A stretch of DNA of 64,000 nucleotides, taken from NCBI GenBank assembly GCA_951406725.2, contig OX597814.1, forward strand, positions 162,750,001-162,814,000, written 5' to 3'. This stretch comes from Octopus vulgaris. Its lineage: Eukaryota. The stretch's first letter is position 1. Every line of letters starts with the position of its first letter. The notes beneath the pieces are model-generated. The model was not told where the DNA came from and did not search any database. It saw nothing but the letters and a program-made list of their open reading frames with translations. Below, in pieces: positions 13,815 to 27,313 of this stretch. A program made the position numbers and the translations under genes.

Positions 13815-14470
13815 TAAATCCATTGTAATCCATCACAATGTTGTAAACTCTTCCGCATCGTCAGTAGGTATCTCAGGGTCACGAGTGTTTTGCTCTTTAG
13901 CCTGTACGCTGCCTGAGTGGGGCAGTGAGGACTAAATTGGTTTTCGCTTGTAGAAGAGCCCCACTTGCAGTCTGTTATCAACCATAGCCACCTTGAGCTC
14001 GTTTCAGCTGTCATACCTATCTCCAACGTATCTTTCTTCAGCTATCAGAGTTCCAGACTTACCTTCTGTAGGAAATAGCGCATCAACCCAAGTGGAAAGC
14101 TAAAAAAGTTGACTTCAATAAAGAATGAGGGTGGGTCTCATCCCTTGAGAAGGGTCTCGTCGACGAAGTTCTGATTATTCGTTTTCTTTTGCTGGTTGGA
14201 AATATTATGTTCCAGGGCACTCAATGTAAGTTCGACCGTGATGATTGTTTTTGTACTCATGGAAAGCAGAAAGATATCTGATCGGAGTGATGTCACTGCT
14301 ATCTCTTTTGGGAAGAAGATTCTGCCCTTCACGTTCACTTTCATCTCCCAGTCTGAGGTTTGATGTAAAATAGAAAGCAGGATCCTTACTTTCGCTTTCT
14401 TCCTAGCTCTTTCGCCTTCTCTTAGGAATCTGATAGATATCCTTTGGCAGTGTCAGAAAGGGTTCTCTAT
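13815..14470 (-). mobile_element. 3' fragment of an RLE-type LINE (HERO/NeSL-like)
   Basis: Minus-strand translation RFLREGEK...SILHQTSDWEMKVNV...PKEIAVTSLRSDIFLLSMSTKTIITVELT matches the restriction-like endonuclease pattern (DW...LRPDI...ELTVP). Decayed. Confidence 0.68.
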
Positions 14471-14798
14471 TTTCTGTCTCAATGTATAATTGTAAACCAC
14501 TGATATATGATTAATATTTCAAAATGTTGAGTACCATTTATATTATTGAGGTGTGCTCTGTATGATAGAATTTTAAAGTGATATGAATTATTTTAGACGG
14601 TAATGGAAGGGCCTGACAGCTGGTGGTTTTGTGGCTAAAAACTTTCTGTAATACTCATGTGATATTTGGAGAGTTAATGTTATATTCGTAAACTGAAACG
14701 TCCTAAGTGCTAATTTATTTGCACTTCGGATGTTTCCAACAGAAAGGTCTTGAAATATTTGGTACCGCAGTTGCACAGTAAGGTTAAACCTGTTAACT

Positions 14799-14981
14799 GT
14801 ATGTATGTATGTATGTATGTATGTATGTATGTATGTATGTATGTATGTATGTATGTATGTATGTATGTATGTATGTATGTATGTATGTATGTATGTATGT
14901 ATGTATGTATGTATGTATGTATGTATGTATGTATGTATGTATGTATGTATGTATGTATGTATGTATGTATGTATGTATGTA
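14799..14981. repeat. Perfect (TATG)n microsatellite, insertion site of the LTR element
   Basis: Direct reading; TATG units resume after 18548. Confidence 0.97.
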
Positions 14982-15276
14982 TGTTGTAAAATGGGTTTCT
15001 CCCACTGGTGTAATGTGTGACTGCCATTGTACGGTAGTTGCTGTTTTACGCTACTGGCCACAATAGTTACTAGTCATCGAATACCGTAGTATCTCTTTGT
15101 ACCGGAATAGTAATACACTAACTTCTGTTTTACTATCGCTGATAGCTCCATAAAACACCAACTAAAATTGTCGACTATCAACTCATCGACTCTTGACCAC
15201 CATGTACTGGTCTATTTATAATGGCTGGTTCCCACCACTTTTTACCGAGAGGGGTATACAGTTTCACTATACAACA
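14982..15276 (-). repeat. 3' LTR
   Basis: TGTTGTA...TACAACA termini; aligns with 18240-18548. The adjacent 15277-15287 reads AAAAGGGGAAA on the minus strand (polypurine tract). Confidence 0.9.
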
Positions 15277-15494
15277 TTTCCCCTTTTAATAATTTTATTT
15301 AACAATCAATTTCTTTTATTCACCCCACCTCCTCCTTTATATATATTCTAGCTGGTGTATCCGGTAATTTCCGGGGATAAGATGTTCTATTGAAACGCCT
15401 TACTACTTTGATATAAGAGAGCAATTTCGTTATAACTGCAACAAAAGGTGTATTTTTCATCACGAAAAAGTTTTAAAAACTGTCAGCTGGAGGA

Positions 15495-15615
15495 GGGAGA
15501 GATTGTAGGAGATTGGCGAGAAAGGTTTTCGGAGGTTGGCGAGAGAGGTTTTCGGAGGTTGGAGAAAAAGATTGTCGCAGGCTGGTCAGAGGGGTTGTCG
15601 GAGGTTGGTGAGAGG
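15495..15615. repeat. 23-bp minisatellite, ~5 units
   Basis: Units such as GAGAAAGGTTTTCGGAGGTTGGC start at 15495, 15518, 15541, 15564 and 15587. Confidence 0.85.
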
Positions 15616-15899
15616 CAAAGACGTTATTCTACTTAGCGAAGACATCTGAGAAATGTATAACTGCTGTCATTCACAGGAAAACTATTGTTTTAACTGAGAT
15701 AAGTGCTGTTGAAGTGTTAATTGAAATTTGGCAATTGAGGATCGAATCCACGCTATGCTCGCATGAAGCCACTACAAACACGTTGCGGAATAAAAATTTT
15801 ATCTACTGTTATGGAAAAAGGGTAACTGTAAAAATGCAGAATTATCGGAATAATGTGCATTCAAAAACGTATGTATGTATAAAAAAGTATGAATGAAGT

Positions 15900-17150
15900 C
15901 TTGCTTGAAGTTAACACCTCTTTTAACTCGTTAAATGCTTTTTGGCATTTCTCTGTCCAAACCCATTTGGCATTTGTTTCTTTTAGTATTTCATCAAGTG
16001 GTGCCTTTACCTTATGCATATTTGTGATATTCACTTAGTAATGATTTACCAAGTCTAGGAATGCTTGTAGCATTATCACGTTCGTCGGGGTCAGCATATT
16101 TCGTTTTGCCGTCGCCCTTGAATTTGTCCGCTCTGCGTCCATTTTAGTAAGTTACTTGACCTAGATATTTTAATTTTCAATCAAAAATTTGCATTTCCCT
16201 TCTGTATTCACTCATTCTCTCGGATACTTACTTTGTGTGTTCGTCGTGTTACACTCAAGAAGCGCTTTTTATCAAAATTTCATCGAGGTATACTTTGGCG
16301 AAGTCACAATCACTTAACATCGCTTCCATTATTTGTTGGAATATGGTGGGTGCCACTTTTACTCCAAACGGCAGACGTTTCAACTTGTACAGTCCACAGT
16401 GCGTGATGATTGTTAGTAGGTGTGTGCAATCTTCCTCTGAGTTTGAAGGTACATCTCTGAGGGGTCTATCTTCGAGAAAATTTTCCCTCCGTTTAGTTTA
16501 GCGAATACTTCTTCTGGGCTTGGTAGTAGGTAATTGTATACGAGTAAACATTTGTTCAATGCTTGTTTTAATTTTTTTTTTATGCCGGTGCTGCCCAGTC
16601 TCCATAGTCAACCTTTTCAATTATATTCCAGCTTTCCAATATTTCTAGTTCCTTATTGACCTGGTCTCCCGCCGTAAACAAGCACGTTCCACTTGGGCCC
16701 TAAATAGGTGTTGAATTTTATTTTTATGGCAATCCTTGATTTTATTTTTGTCAACAGCCTAAACCTTCCGAAAAAAGTTTTGGGAAAGTTTTTCATTTTT
16801 TGTTTCAGTTCATCGACCTCGTTCGATCGTTTGACTGCTCTGTTTATGTTATTGCACAAAACATTTATGGGTGTATCCCATAGATCAAATTTCTGCATAC
16901 TTTCGGTGCCAAATAAATTAATGGATTTTTTTCAACACATAAACATTCACATTTTTGGTTCGACCTTTGAACATTATATTACAAACGCGTTTCCCGTGAA
17001 ATATAATTTTCTTCCGGTAACATCGTACGTTAATTTCTTTGAACTACACAATTTTGTTTTACCCATTTGTTCTCATGTTTTCTAATTTATGATTGCAATG
17101 TCTAATTGCATTCTGACACTAGTGATTTCAATTCTCACGTTCACCAATTT
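15900..17150 (-). pseudogene. Gypsy pol remnant (protease and reverse transcriptase)
   Basis: Minus-strand motifs VRMQLD (protease), IIEKVDYGDWAAP, LPSPEEVFAKLNGGKIFSKID, THCGLYKLKRLPFGVKVAPTIFQQIME and AKVYLDEILI (YLDD motif altered). Frameshifts and stops. Confidence 0.88.
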
Positions 17151-17187
17151 TCTGTTTGTTGTAGTTACAACTTTTCCTGCTGACAAA

Positions 17188-18060
17188 CTATTCATTTTTC
17201 TTGTTTGTTCCATTTTCTTTCATTCTAGTTTTGCAGTGCGATTTTATATGTCCCGCAAACCCGCAGCGAAAAAATTTTATTTTTGTATACGGACAATCTT
17301 TTTTGAGGTGCATCCCACCACATGCCATATATGGGTCTACATCCCGATATTTTTTTCTGTTTTTCCTGCAACGATTTATTTGCCATCCGACCATTTTGCA
17401 CTGGTCGTATGTGAAAACACTCTTTCCATTGAATGTCATGCCTTAATTCTAATATCATGTCACACTCTTCCGACAGTTTCTGCAATGTCAAATCCTGATT
17501 CATTTCCAGGTTTGCTAGAATTTTCGTTCGGATTTCTGCATCCCTTTCATATGTCAATCCTTGTGCAAAAATCTTGAAAGAATCTGGAGTAAGTATATCC
17601 AGCCTAGATCTCTCACATTCTTTGCTAACTCTGCCTGTGTAAGCAGTGAAGTCTTCATCTTTTCTATGTTTAAACATTTCTATCTAGTATTAAACTGTGA
17701 GCTCTTTTCACTAAACAGTTTGCACAAAATGTCAACTGTGTCGGTGAAATGTCGGACGCTTCTTTTGGCAATATGAAGTTACTATACTTCTCATGCTCCG
17801 CTGTCGTTAGTTTTCTTAAAACTAGACGCGTTTTCATTTCATCCGTCCAAATCTGACGTTCTTTTTCAAAAATGTGTTCAAATCTTCGAAAGTAAGCCTC
17901 GAAGGTTATTCCTTTTTCAGAGTCATATTTGAATTCGCTCATGGAAATTGCTACATGATCAGGTGAAAATGTATTCTCCAGTTTGGCTAACAACTTCATT
18001 AATTGTAACATATGCTGCTGCAGTCCTGGTTGTTATTCTCGTTGTTCCTTGATTTGTTGT
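17188..18060 (-). pseudogene. Gypsy gag remnant with two CCHC-type knuckles
   Basis: ORFs 17670-18011, 17225-17677 and 17188-17439 are frameshifted pieces: FKYDSEKGITFEAYFRRFE... and CGGMHLKKDC...RCGFAGHIKSHC. Confidence 0.85.
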
Positions 18061-18227
18061 TGTTGCTGTTTTTGCGACTCAACTACCCCAGCTAACAAGT
18101 CTGCCACCTTTTACGATTTTCGTACAACAAGAGTTTTGTTTCGTTTTTGTCGAGTTTAATTTTCCACGTAAATCAGTTTAAACCCTCTGTGTGAATGTTA
18201 TTTTTAACTCCGCGTAACTTTGTTTTT

Positions 18228-18238
18228 CCTCGTCGCCG
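18228..18238 (-). other. Primer binding site, tRNA-Ser(GCU)-type
   Basis: The minus strand reads CGGCGACGAGG immediately inside the 5' LTR, one mismatch from TGGCGACGAGG. Confidence 0.75.
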
Positions 18239-18239
18239 C

Positions 18240-18548
18240 TGTTGTAAAGTCGTTTCTTCCCACTGGTGTGATGTGTAACTGCCGTTGTATGGTAGTTGCT
18301 GCTTTACGCTATTAGCCATAATAGTTACTAGTCATTGAATACCGTTGTATCTCTTCGTACCGGAATAGTAATACACTACGTTCTTCTGACTTACTACCGT
18401 TGATAGCTCTACAAAACACCAGCAAGATCTGTCGACTCTCAGCTCTTCGACTCTCAACCCTCTGATGACGACCGACTACTGGTCTATTTATAATGGTTGT
18501 CTCCAACCAGTTTTTACCTGGAGGGGTATAAAGTTTCACTATACAATA
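18240..18548 (-). repeat. 5' LTR
   Basis: Homologous to 14982-15276 with visible divergence; one terminal base is mutated (ATACAATA). Confidence 0.9.
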
Positions 18549-18582
18549 GTATGTATGTATGTGTGTATGAGTGCGTGTGCCA

Positions 18583-18638
<56 letters not shown>

Positions 18639-18766
18639 CGGGAAGCTTTATGAAAATAGACAAAAGACGAAGGCAGGTTTACGGAAATAAACAAAAGACG
18701 AAGGCAGGTGGAATACAAACAAACAATTGTATTAGTATGGCGCTCAGGAAATATAAATAAAACAAG

Positions 18767-18804
18767 TCTTTAACGTTTCGAGCCTACGCTCTTCAACAGA
18801 AAGA
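18767..18804 (-). ncRNA. Minimal hammerhead variant with non-canonical core
   Basis: UCUUU-CUGUUGA-A-GAGC guag GCUC-GAAA CG UU/AAAGA. Stems I and II pair perfectly and stem III is the palindrome AACGUU, but the core has A6>U and an extra A. Confidence 0.55.
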
Positions 18805-19049
18805 TACACAGAAAGAAGGAAAGAAAAAAATGCTTGCAGAGGCTAGCGAATCAACATGGCGATCTGATTTCGGCCAGAAGTCAAAGATCAAACGTGAGAC
18901 GCAAGAGCGAAATTAGGGGAGATAATAGGGTTAAATGACCTCGCTCCAACATAAGAGTGTGTGTGTGTGTGTGAGAGAGTATTAGTGCGTAAGAGAGGTC
19001 TGGACGTGTGTATGTATATATGATGTGATGTGTAAAGTCATATGGTGTA

Positions 19050-19531
19050 GTGTAGAGAGAGGAGATGAGGGAAGAGGGGGGAGGTAAGAGGGAGAGATGA
19101 GGGGGAGAGAGGGGAGGGGGGAGAGAAAGTAGGGGAGAAGGAAAGGGGAGAAGGAAAGGGGAGAAGAGGAGGGGGAAGGGGGAGAAGGAAGGAGAGGAGA
19201 AGAGGAGGGGGAGAAGGGGGAGAAGGAAGGAGAGGAGAAGAGGAGGGGAGAGAAGGGGGAGAAGGAAGGAGAGGAGAAGAGGAGGGGAAAGGAGGAGGGA
19301 GGATAGAGGGAGAGGGGGAGAGAGAGAAGGGGAGTGAGGGAGCAGAGAGAAAGAGGGAAGGGGAAGAGGGACGAAGGAGGGAGGGAGAAAGAGGGAAGAA
19401 GGGAAGAGGAGTAGGGGTGAAAGGATGAAGGACTGAAGAGAAGTAGGGGTCGGTGGGGAGGTTAGATGAGGAGGGGGAGAGGGGGGTTAGATGAGGAGGG
19501 GGAGAGGGGAGTTAGATGAGGAGGGGGGAGA
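19050..19531. repeat. Polypurine (G/A) low-complexity tract with internal tandem units
   Basis: Direct reading; includes three copies of GTTAGATGAGGAGGGGG. Confidence 0.9.
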
Positions 19532-19919
19532 GTTGAGACCAAATGGCGTATAAGAGCGAAGAGAGAAGATTAATTCCTGTTCACGGCGCAAACGGGAATC
19601 CGGATGGCCTCTGTGCAAGGACATATATAATGCGTTTATGATTTTGTTTTGCAAGACTCCTGATATGAAATCGTGTCTTGAAACAAATATTGTTATATTT
19701 CAGAATGTTCGGAATGGACTAAACAGGGCATGAGGAGACACGTAGAATGGAGAGTTGTTGCAGAGGTCACAGGATGTCTGGCGAAAAATTTCAGACAAAA
19801 AGCACTTAAATAAAAATAATAACAAAGCTGAAGTGATGAACGAATATATGGTGCCCGTGAAATAAAATGAATATATATATATGTTTGTATGTATGTATAT
19901 GTATATATATATATGTGTG

Positions 19920-19986
<67 letters not shown>

Positions 19987-20018
19987 ATATTTATAAGTAT
20001 TTTTATATCAAACATATA

Positions 20019-20178
20019 GGCACAGGAGTGGCGTGTGTTAAGAAGCTTGCTTCCCAACCACATAGTTCCGGGTTCAGTCCCACTGCGTGGCACCTTGGGC
20101 AAATGTCTTCTATTATAGCTTGGGCCAGCCAAATCCTTATGAGAGGATTTGGTAGACGGAAACTGAAAGAAACCCGTC

Positions 20179-20229
<51 letters not shown>

Positions 20230-20437
20230 AGTATGTGTGTATTTGTTATTTGTGTCAGTATTTGCCCCCGCCCCCACCATCGCTTGACAACCCATGTTGG
20301 TGTGTTTACGTCCCCGTCACTTAGCAGTTCGGCAAAAAGAGACCTAGGATTATAAAGAATAAGTCCTGGGGTCGATTTGTACGACTAAAGGTGGTGTTCC
20401 AGCATGACTGCAGTTAAATGACTGAAACAAGTAAAAA
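20019..20437 (+). mobile_element. SINE family B
   Basis: Full head (GGCACAGGAGTGGC...CCGGGTTCAGTCCC...CCTTGGGCAA) through the tail. Confidence 0.88.
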
Positions 20438-21339
20438 ATATATACACACATGTATAAATATATACATATATGAACGTATTTTGCGTATCATCATTCCTAC
20501 CAGTTTCATTTGCGCTTGGAGATTCATCAGATAATCAGTAGTTTATTTTCCGTACACAAATTTGTTATTAGCTTATAAATTCTTGTATAAATCAATTACT
20601 GATCAGCTGAAATAAGGTTTCTTATTTTCCTGTCGACAAAGATATATAAACATATATATATGTTAATGTTGTGTCGAGAGATGTGATTTCAAATAACAAC
20701 TCTAGGTCTACCTACTTTAAATATTCCATGTCATATAACATTTTGTGCAATAAATAAAGTAATAAACTAATAGATTAATAAATAAATGAATTGATTAGTG
20801 TTACTAATGAATGCGCTGTTACGAAAAATCAGTTTATTTCGACTTTATCAGTTTATATTTGCTAGAAAGAAATACAAGCTATTAATTTTTCCTTGGAAGG
20901 AAAATGATGGTACATATTTTCTGTGGAATCGCGACGCAGAAACGAAACTACTTAGAATAATCCTAATATTCTGAGTAACACATATTATAATATAATTATT
21001 TACATATCTCAAAGTGGCACATACCTTATAAATACTGCTACTCATTAAAGCGGTGTCCCAGCATATCGCAGTTCAATGGCTGAGACAAAAAGGTAAGATA
21101 TATATACATGTATATATATATGTATATATATATTATTCAGTTGGCATTTGTTATGCTTGGTTGTGAATTTCTTATATCTTTGTCTCGTTATCCTGTGTTG
21201 CCCTTCATTCTTGTAAAGAGGAAAGAGTTCGGGGTGGGGATCGCTTACTTTGATATTTTTGGGTTTTCTTAATAGATAATCTAATTAGGATTAGATAATG
21301 CTTAGATACTGGTGCCTAGGTCTGGGAGGCTCTATGGCA

Positions 21340-21414
<75 letters not shown>

Positions 21415-21437
21415 TTATCTGTCTGTCTATCTGTCTG

Positions 21438-21508
<71 letters not shown>

Positions 21509-21513
21509 GTCTA

Positions 21514-21553
<40 letters not shown>

Positions 21554-21682
21554 CCTTTCTTTATTTCTTTCTCTCCCCCCTGTCTGTATATATATATATA
21601 TATATATATATAATATGTGTGTGTACTCGTGAATGCGTATATGTGTGTGTGTGCGTCTCTGCGTGTATTTGTGGGTATGTAA

Positions 21683-21727
<45 letters not shown>

Positions 21728-21779
21728 TATATATACACACATGTATATATACATGTATACGCACACACACATACGTACA

Positions 21780-21845
<66 letters not shown>

Positions 21846-21860
21846 CACTCACACACACAT
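21340..21860. repeat. (TCTA)n/(TCTG)n plus (TA)/(CA) compound microsatellite
   Basis: Direct reading. Confidence 0.95.
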
Positions 21861-22362
21861 GGAATGCCTGAACTAAAAGGGTGTAATGAGAGGAAGAGAT
21901 GAGGCAAAACTTGGCCATAGGCAAATGCGTGACTGAGTTTTGGGCATAGTAAAGAAGTACCTACGAATTGGATATTTTTCTGCAAAAGAATTATAGAACT
22001 ACAGTGTTTAAAATTTGGAACAGCATTTTCTCTTGCTGTTTTGTTTTAAAGTTCCATATAAACTCTACGTAAAAATATCTTTGGTCAAAACCATTCGCGT
22101 TGTAATCATTTGTCTGGCCACACTAACGTCACGGATATCAATTTGGTTTGATATAGTGTTCATTTACAAAGGTTTAATAGAAATTTAAGAGTGAAGTTTT
22201 ATTTAATTCTCTTTATCCAAATATTTTCTTATATTCCTGCAAAAAAAAAAAAAAAAAAACAGTTTTAAAAGAATGACATAATTCTGTATAATACTATTAT
22301 TTTGCATACAAACCCAGCGTTGATTTCGTGGATTGTGCAGCCAGTAATTCTGTCCATGGAGC

Positions 22363-22423
<61 letters not shown>

Positions 22424-22861
22424 GTAGATTGGTGTGTATGTGTGGGCATGATAGCTAAAAAAGAAAATACTGAACGTGACGTTGTGAGATTTATCTTACC
22501 ATTGATAATGCATCGACACCTTTGAAATTGTTTTCAGAAAACATCTATGCATATTAATTCACATTTTCAAACATAAACACACGTGCACAAAATCACTCAC
22601 ACACACACACACACACGCACATACGCACGCACATACGCACGCACATACGCACACACACAACACATACGCACACACACACGCCTATGTATATATGATTCTA
22701 TGTACGTATGCATGAATATATACACATATGTGTACATACAGCTTAATGTTTTTATGCGTGTTTGTATGTAGTCATGCATATATAATTATTTCTGTCTTCT
22801 CTCATCTCTCTCTCTCTTTATATGTGTATGTGTGTATGTGTGTTTGTGCGTGTGTACTTGG

Positions 22862-22919
<58 letters not shown>

Positions 22920-23885
22920 ATATATATATGTATGTATATATATATGTATGTATATATATATATGTATGTATATATATATGTATGTATGTATATATATATA
23001 TTTCGAAGTATATATTGGTAAACGCCTATTCATTTATACACACGCACTCGCGCAAACACACATGCACACACACACATGTGTATGTGCTTGTGCATATTTG
23101 TGTGCGTGCGTGCGTGCTTGCGTGCGTGCGTGCGTATATAAAAACAACATTCTGCCTGAATACGTAAACATACACAAATAATGGAGATGTGTATATATGT
23201 TTGGGGTGAAACGGTAGCATTTATAAATAAATATCATAATTATAAATAAATATACATGCAGACGAAAACTGCACTTATAGATATAATCACGTATATACAA
23301 TCCAAAATATATGCTTCAGAATCATGTAAACAAATAAAGGGATAAAAGAATAAAGTAAATACGGAAAATTGTGTGCTACGCTTGTTTCTGTTTTCTTCCA
23401 TTTTGTTTTTTAATAAACAATATTTCTATGGATGTCGTTGTAAGAAATAACGCCTGCTAATGGGCATTGGTTGTTTTGTTTATAAGTAGCCATCGTTTAT
23501 GTAAAAACGAGAAAAATATTGAATAACAAATAATGCATACATACATAAATAAATAAATAAACAAAGCAGAGATATAAAGCAAGTAAGAAATAACGACGAC
23601 GATGAAGATGACGAAGACAACGACAGGAAAACAACGACTATGGCAACGACAACACAACATAACAAAATATAGTTTTCTTAAGATCCTAGTATTTGGTTCT
23701 AGCTATTCCTATCTTGGAGACTAATGAAGTAGTGAAATCGACGATGGAAATAAATCATGAAGAATTGATGTGTTTGTTGCAACAAGAAAGAATGAAAGTT
23801 TCTGTGTGTGTGTGTGTGTTAATGTGGATAGGTGTGTGTGTGTGTGGGGGGTACATTAATGTTTACAAATAATGTTTACATTATG

Positions 23886-23973
<88 letters not shown>

Positions 23974-24167
23974 CACACACACATAGTGTGCGTGTGTGTG
24001 TGTGTGTTTGTATGTGTGTGTTCGTTCGTTATTAGCGACGGAAGCAGTATTAGATTCCTACACTGAAATATATATCCATATATAGATATACGTTATATGC
24101 ATATGCTTATACACATACATGCATACATACATACATACACACATTCACATAAATATATATATATATT

Positions 24168-24239
<72 letters not shown>

Positions 24240-24295
24240 TATATTATAATAATAACATTATTAATAATAATGATAGTAATATATATATATATACA

Positions 24296-24330
<35 letters not shown>

Positions 24331-25081
24331 GCATATCCACACACATCCATACATATACATATAACAGAGTTGAAAGGAAAGGAAAGCATGCGAGAATAAT
24401 AAGCAGAATATCAAAATAATAATAATAATAATATTTATGATGACAGTAAGGAAAAAAAGGAGAAGAGAATATTTTTTTTTCCACTTGTTTTACTTTTCTG
24501 ATGTTGATGATGTTGTTTTTTCTATGTAAAATTACTCTAAGTACGTAAATGCCTGAAAGAGGGAGAACGTGCACGAGAGGAAAGTGATGAATAATAACTG
24601 AGAATCGATTATAATTAACTCCGTCTATAATCGGAGCTATTTACAAAACAAACCGGGTTTAGCAGAGATAAAGGGAAAGATGGCGGCGGCAGAAAGCAAT
24701 TAGATTGAAATGGCGATATTATGGACAGTTTTTTAAGAAAAAATGTTAAGCAACAGAGCGTCGGCCTATCAGTGGCTTTAACGTTGTTTATACTTGCATG
24801 TTCGCCTATGTTTATATGCATGAATATGTAAATGTTTTTATTTCACGGGTGGATTCATTGCATTTACAAACGTATACACACATAACGATAAATACACGTA
24901 CATAAACGGATTTGCATACATTCTTGTACATACAAGTATGCTTGGTGTAGGCTTGTGCGTGCGGATACAAGCGTTTACGAATGTATGCACGTTTTATGTG
25001 AGTATATATATGTTGTATGTGTTTATGCATATGCTGGATATGCATAAATGGATACCTTAAAACAGCATTATTTAAATTTCG

Positions 25082-25128
<47 letters not shown>

Positions 25129-25295
25129 TTTATTTAAAAGCAGCATAAATATAACAGTTTTGTTTAAATTACTCTACCTCTGGTACTTGAGTACTCTTTT
25201 TCCACCTTGTTTCACATTTATGTGCTTACTCTGGTATATATATATATATAATATGCGTGCATACATACATACATATATGTATGTATATGCATGTG

Positions 25296-25349
<54 letters not shown>

Positions 25350-25413
25350 TCCTAGAGAGAGAGAGAGAGAGAGAGAGAGACACGCACGCGCGCACACACA
25401 CAACACACACACA

Positions 25414-25630
25414 CGAGGGTATGCTGAAAAGTTACCGGCTTTGGGCAAAAGAAAAAACAAGACGATCGGTTAATTATGATTTTATATAATACATTCTTCT
25501 CTCAGATTCACACACTTATTGCAGTGGTCCTTCAACTTTTCTAAGCCCTGTAAAAGAACTCGGAATGATTGACCTCTAACCAGGTCTTTCATGATACGCT
25601 TAACGCTAGGAACATTTCAGCACACCCTCG
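25414..25630. mobile_element. Tc1/mariner-type MITE (217 bp)
   Basis: Imperfect TIRs CGAGGGTATGCTGAAAAGTT and AACATTTCAGCACACCCTCG, with TA at the right flank. No coding capacity. Confidence 0.8.
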
Positions 25631-26644
25631 TATATATATGAAAACATATATACGTCTCTTCATACCGCAATGCATACATATACGAATGCAATTATCTTAG
25701 ACCTACTATATAAAAAGGCGCCTTAAATTTAGTAGGGAATATTTTTTTCTTTTTCTCTTGCCTCTCTTAGTTCTTTGTCTTGCTTTTAATACAGAGTATC
25801 TGCATAAACGTTAGATTCTCTGCTTTCTCTTCCTTTGGCGCAGTTATCTTCATTGAGCACTACTTTCATTTTTTTATCGCTACATATTTCTACGTTTTAT
25901 AGTTACTTGCTTATGCTTGTCTGACTGTGTATTATTATTTTGTTTCCTCTTTACCTCATGATCCTTCTCGTATTCTGCCAAAGTGTTGGACAACCGCTAT
26001 GCTGATGACACCTTTTGGGGCAGAAACGTGTATTTTGGACTATCCTCTTGTCTCCAAACAATAAGCCCGTCCTTTTATTCAACGGTATGCCAGATATGGG
26101 TAATGATTCATTCATAAGTTTACTTCCTCTTCCTCATATAGGGCAGGTCACAGTTACATCATGGCAAATATAACACATCCTCTAGAGGCGGCGATAATTC
26201 TTATAAAGGAAGAATTTATGTTGTATGGCATTTGATATATCTGTACTTGTCACTGTTCTTCAGATACATGCCATTGGTCACTGAGTTATTTCTCATGGCT
26301 CTTTTTGTTCGCGCGTGCGCAAGTGCACACACACATTTATACACATTCACACACACACACACACACACATATTAGTAATGCTCGCTTGCAATTGACAGCC
26401 ACAATTTTGATTTATGTCTATACACAATCAGACGTACACAATCACGCCACGCGCCATACATATGTATAACCAAGTGTGTGGTTGTGTGTGCGTCAACGTG
26501 TGCATGCGTGTGTGCTGTTATGGTTGCTGTAAGGAATAAAAAACGCTTTACTTACGTACATCGACCAGACACAAGTCCCGGTAAAAATTGAGATTGAACT
26601 GGAAAATGTATGTATGTATGTATGTATGTATGTATACTCATTTA

Positions 26645-27043
26645 CTCTTTCTCTTTTACTTGTTTCAGTAATTTGACTGTGGTCATGATGCAGCACCGCC
26701 TTTAGTTGAGCAAATCGACCCTAGGACTTATTCTTTGTAAGACTAGTACTTATTCTATCGGTCGCTTTTGCCGAACCGCTAAGTTACGGGCACGTAAACA
26801 CACCAGCATCGGTTGTCAAGCGATGTTGGGGTGGGGGGACAAACACAGACACACACAAACACGCATATATACATATATACGAAGGGCTTCTTTCAGTTTC
26901 CATCTACCAAATCCACTCACAAGGCTTTGGTCGGCCCGAGGTTATAGTAGAAGACACTTACCCAAGGTGTCACGCAGTGGGACTGAACCCGGATCCATGT
27001 GGTTGGTAAGCAAGCTACTTACCACACAGCCACTCCGGCGCCT
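26645..27043 (-). mobile_element. SINE family B
   Basis: Near-consensus reverse-complement copy. Confidence 0.9.
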
Positions 27044-27091
27044 ATAGAAAGTATGGAACGCTTCACGAATTTGCGTATGCATGCATGTATG

Positions 27092-27125
<34 letters not shown>

Positions 27126-27313
27126 TGTATGTATGTATGTATGTATGTATGTATGTATGTATGTACGTACGTATGTATGTATGTATGTATGTATGTATGT
27201 ATGTATGTATGTGTGTATGTATGTTCGTGTATGTATGTAGCTAGCCAAGCCGAATGCCAGTATTATTCTATATCATTCTGACCGATTTTTTGTCTGGCAT
27301 TCGGCTTGGCTAG

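Larger units (their letters stand above)
14982..18548 (-). mobile_element. Ty3/Gypsy LTR retrotransposon (Mag-like), internally deleted and decayed
   Basis: Two homologous LTRs, PBS and PPT, with gag, zinc-knuckle, protease and RT remnants. No integrase is visible. Confidence 0.92.
18637..19625 (-). mobile_element. Penelope-like element 3' portion (GIY-YIG C-terminus, polypyrimidine tract, hammerhead variant)
   Basis: Minus strand 19624-19532 translates as MSLHRGHPDSRLRREQELIFSLRSYTPFGLN, the typical PLE endonuclease ending (E..I..L....P.GLN). An HHR-like motif lies downstream on the same strand. Confidence 0.8.

Noticed and set aside
15495-15615. CRISPR-like array
   Set aside because: Contiguous tandem units with no unique spacers, in eukaryotic context with no cas genes.
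26000-26040. CTGATGA...GAAACGTGTA hammerhead-like string
   Set aside because: Stem II is out of register and I could not form stem I; at best a decayed remnant.
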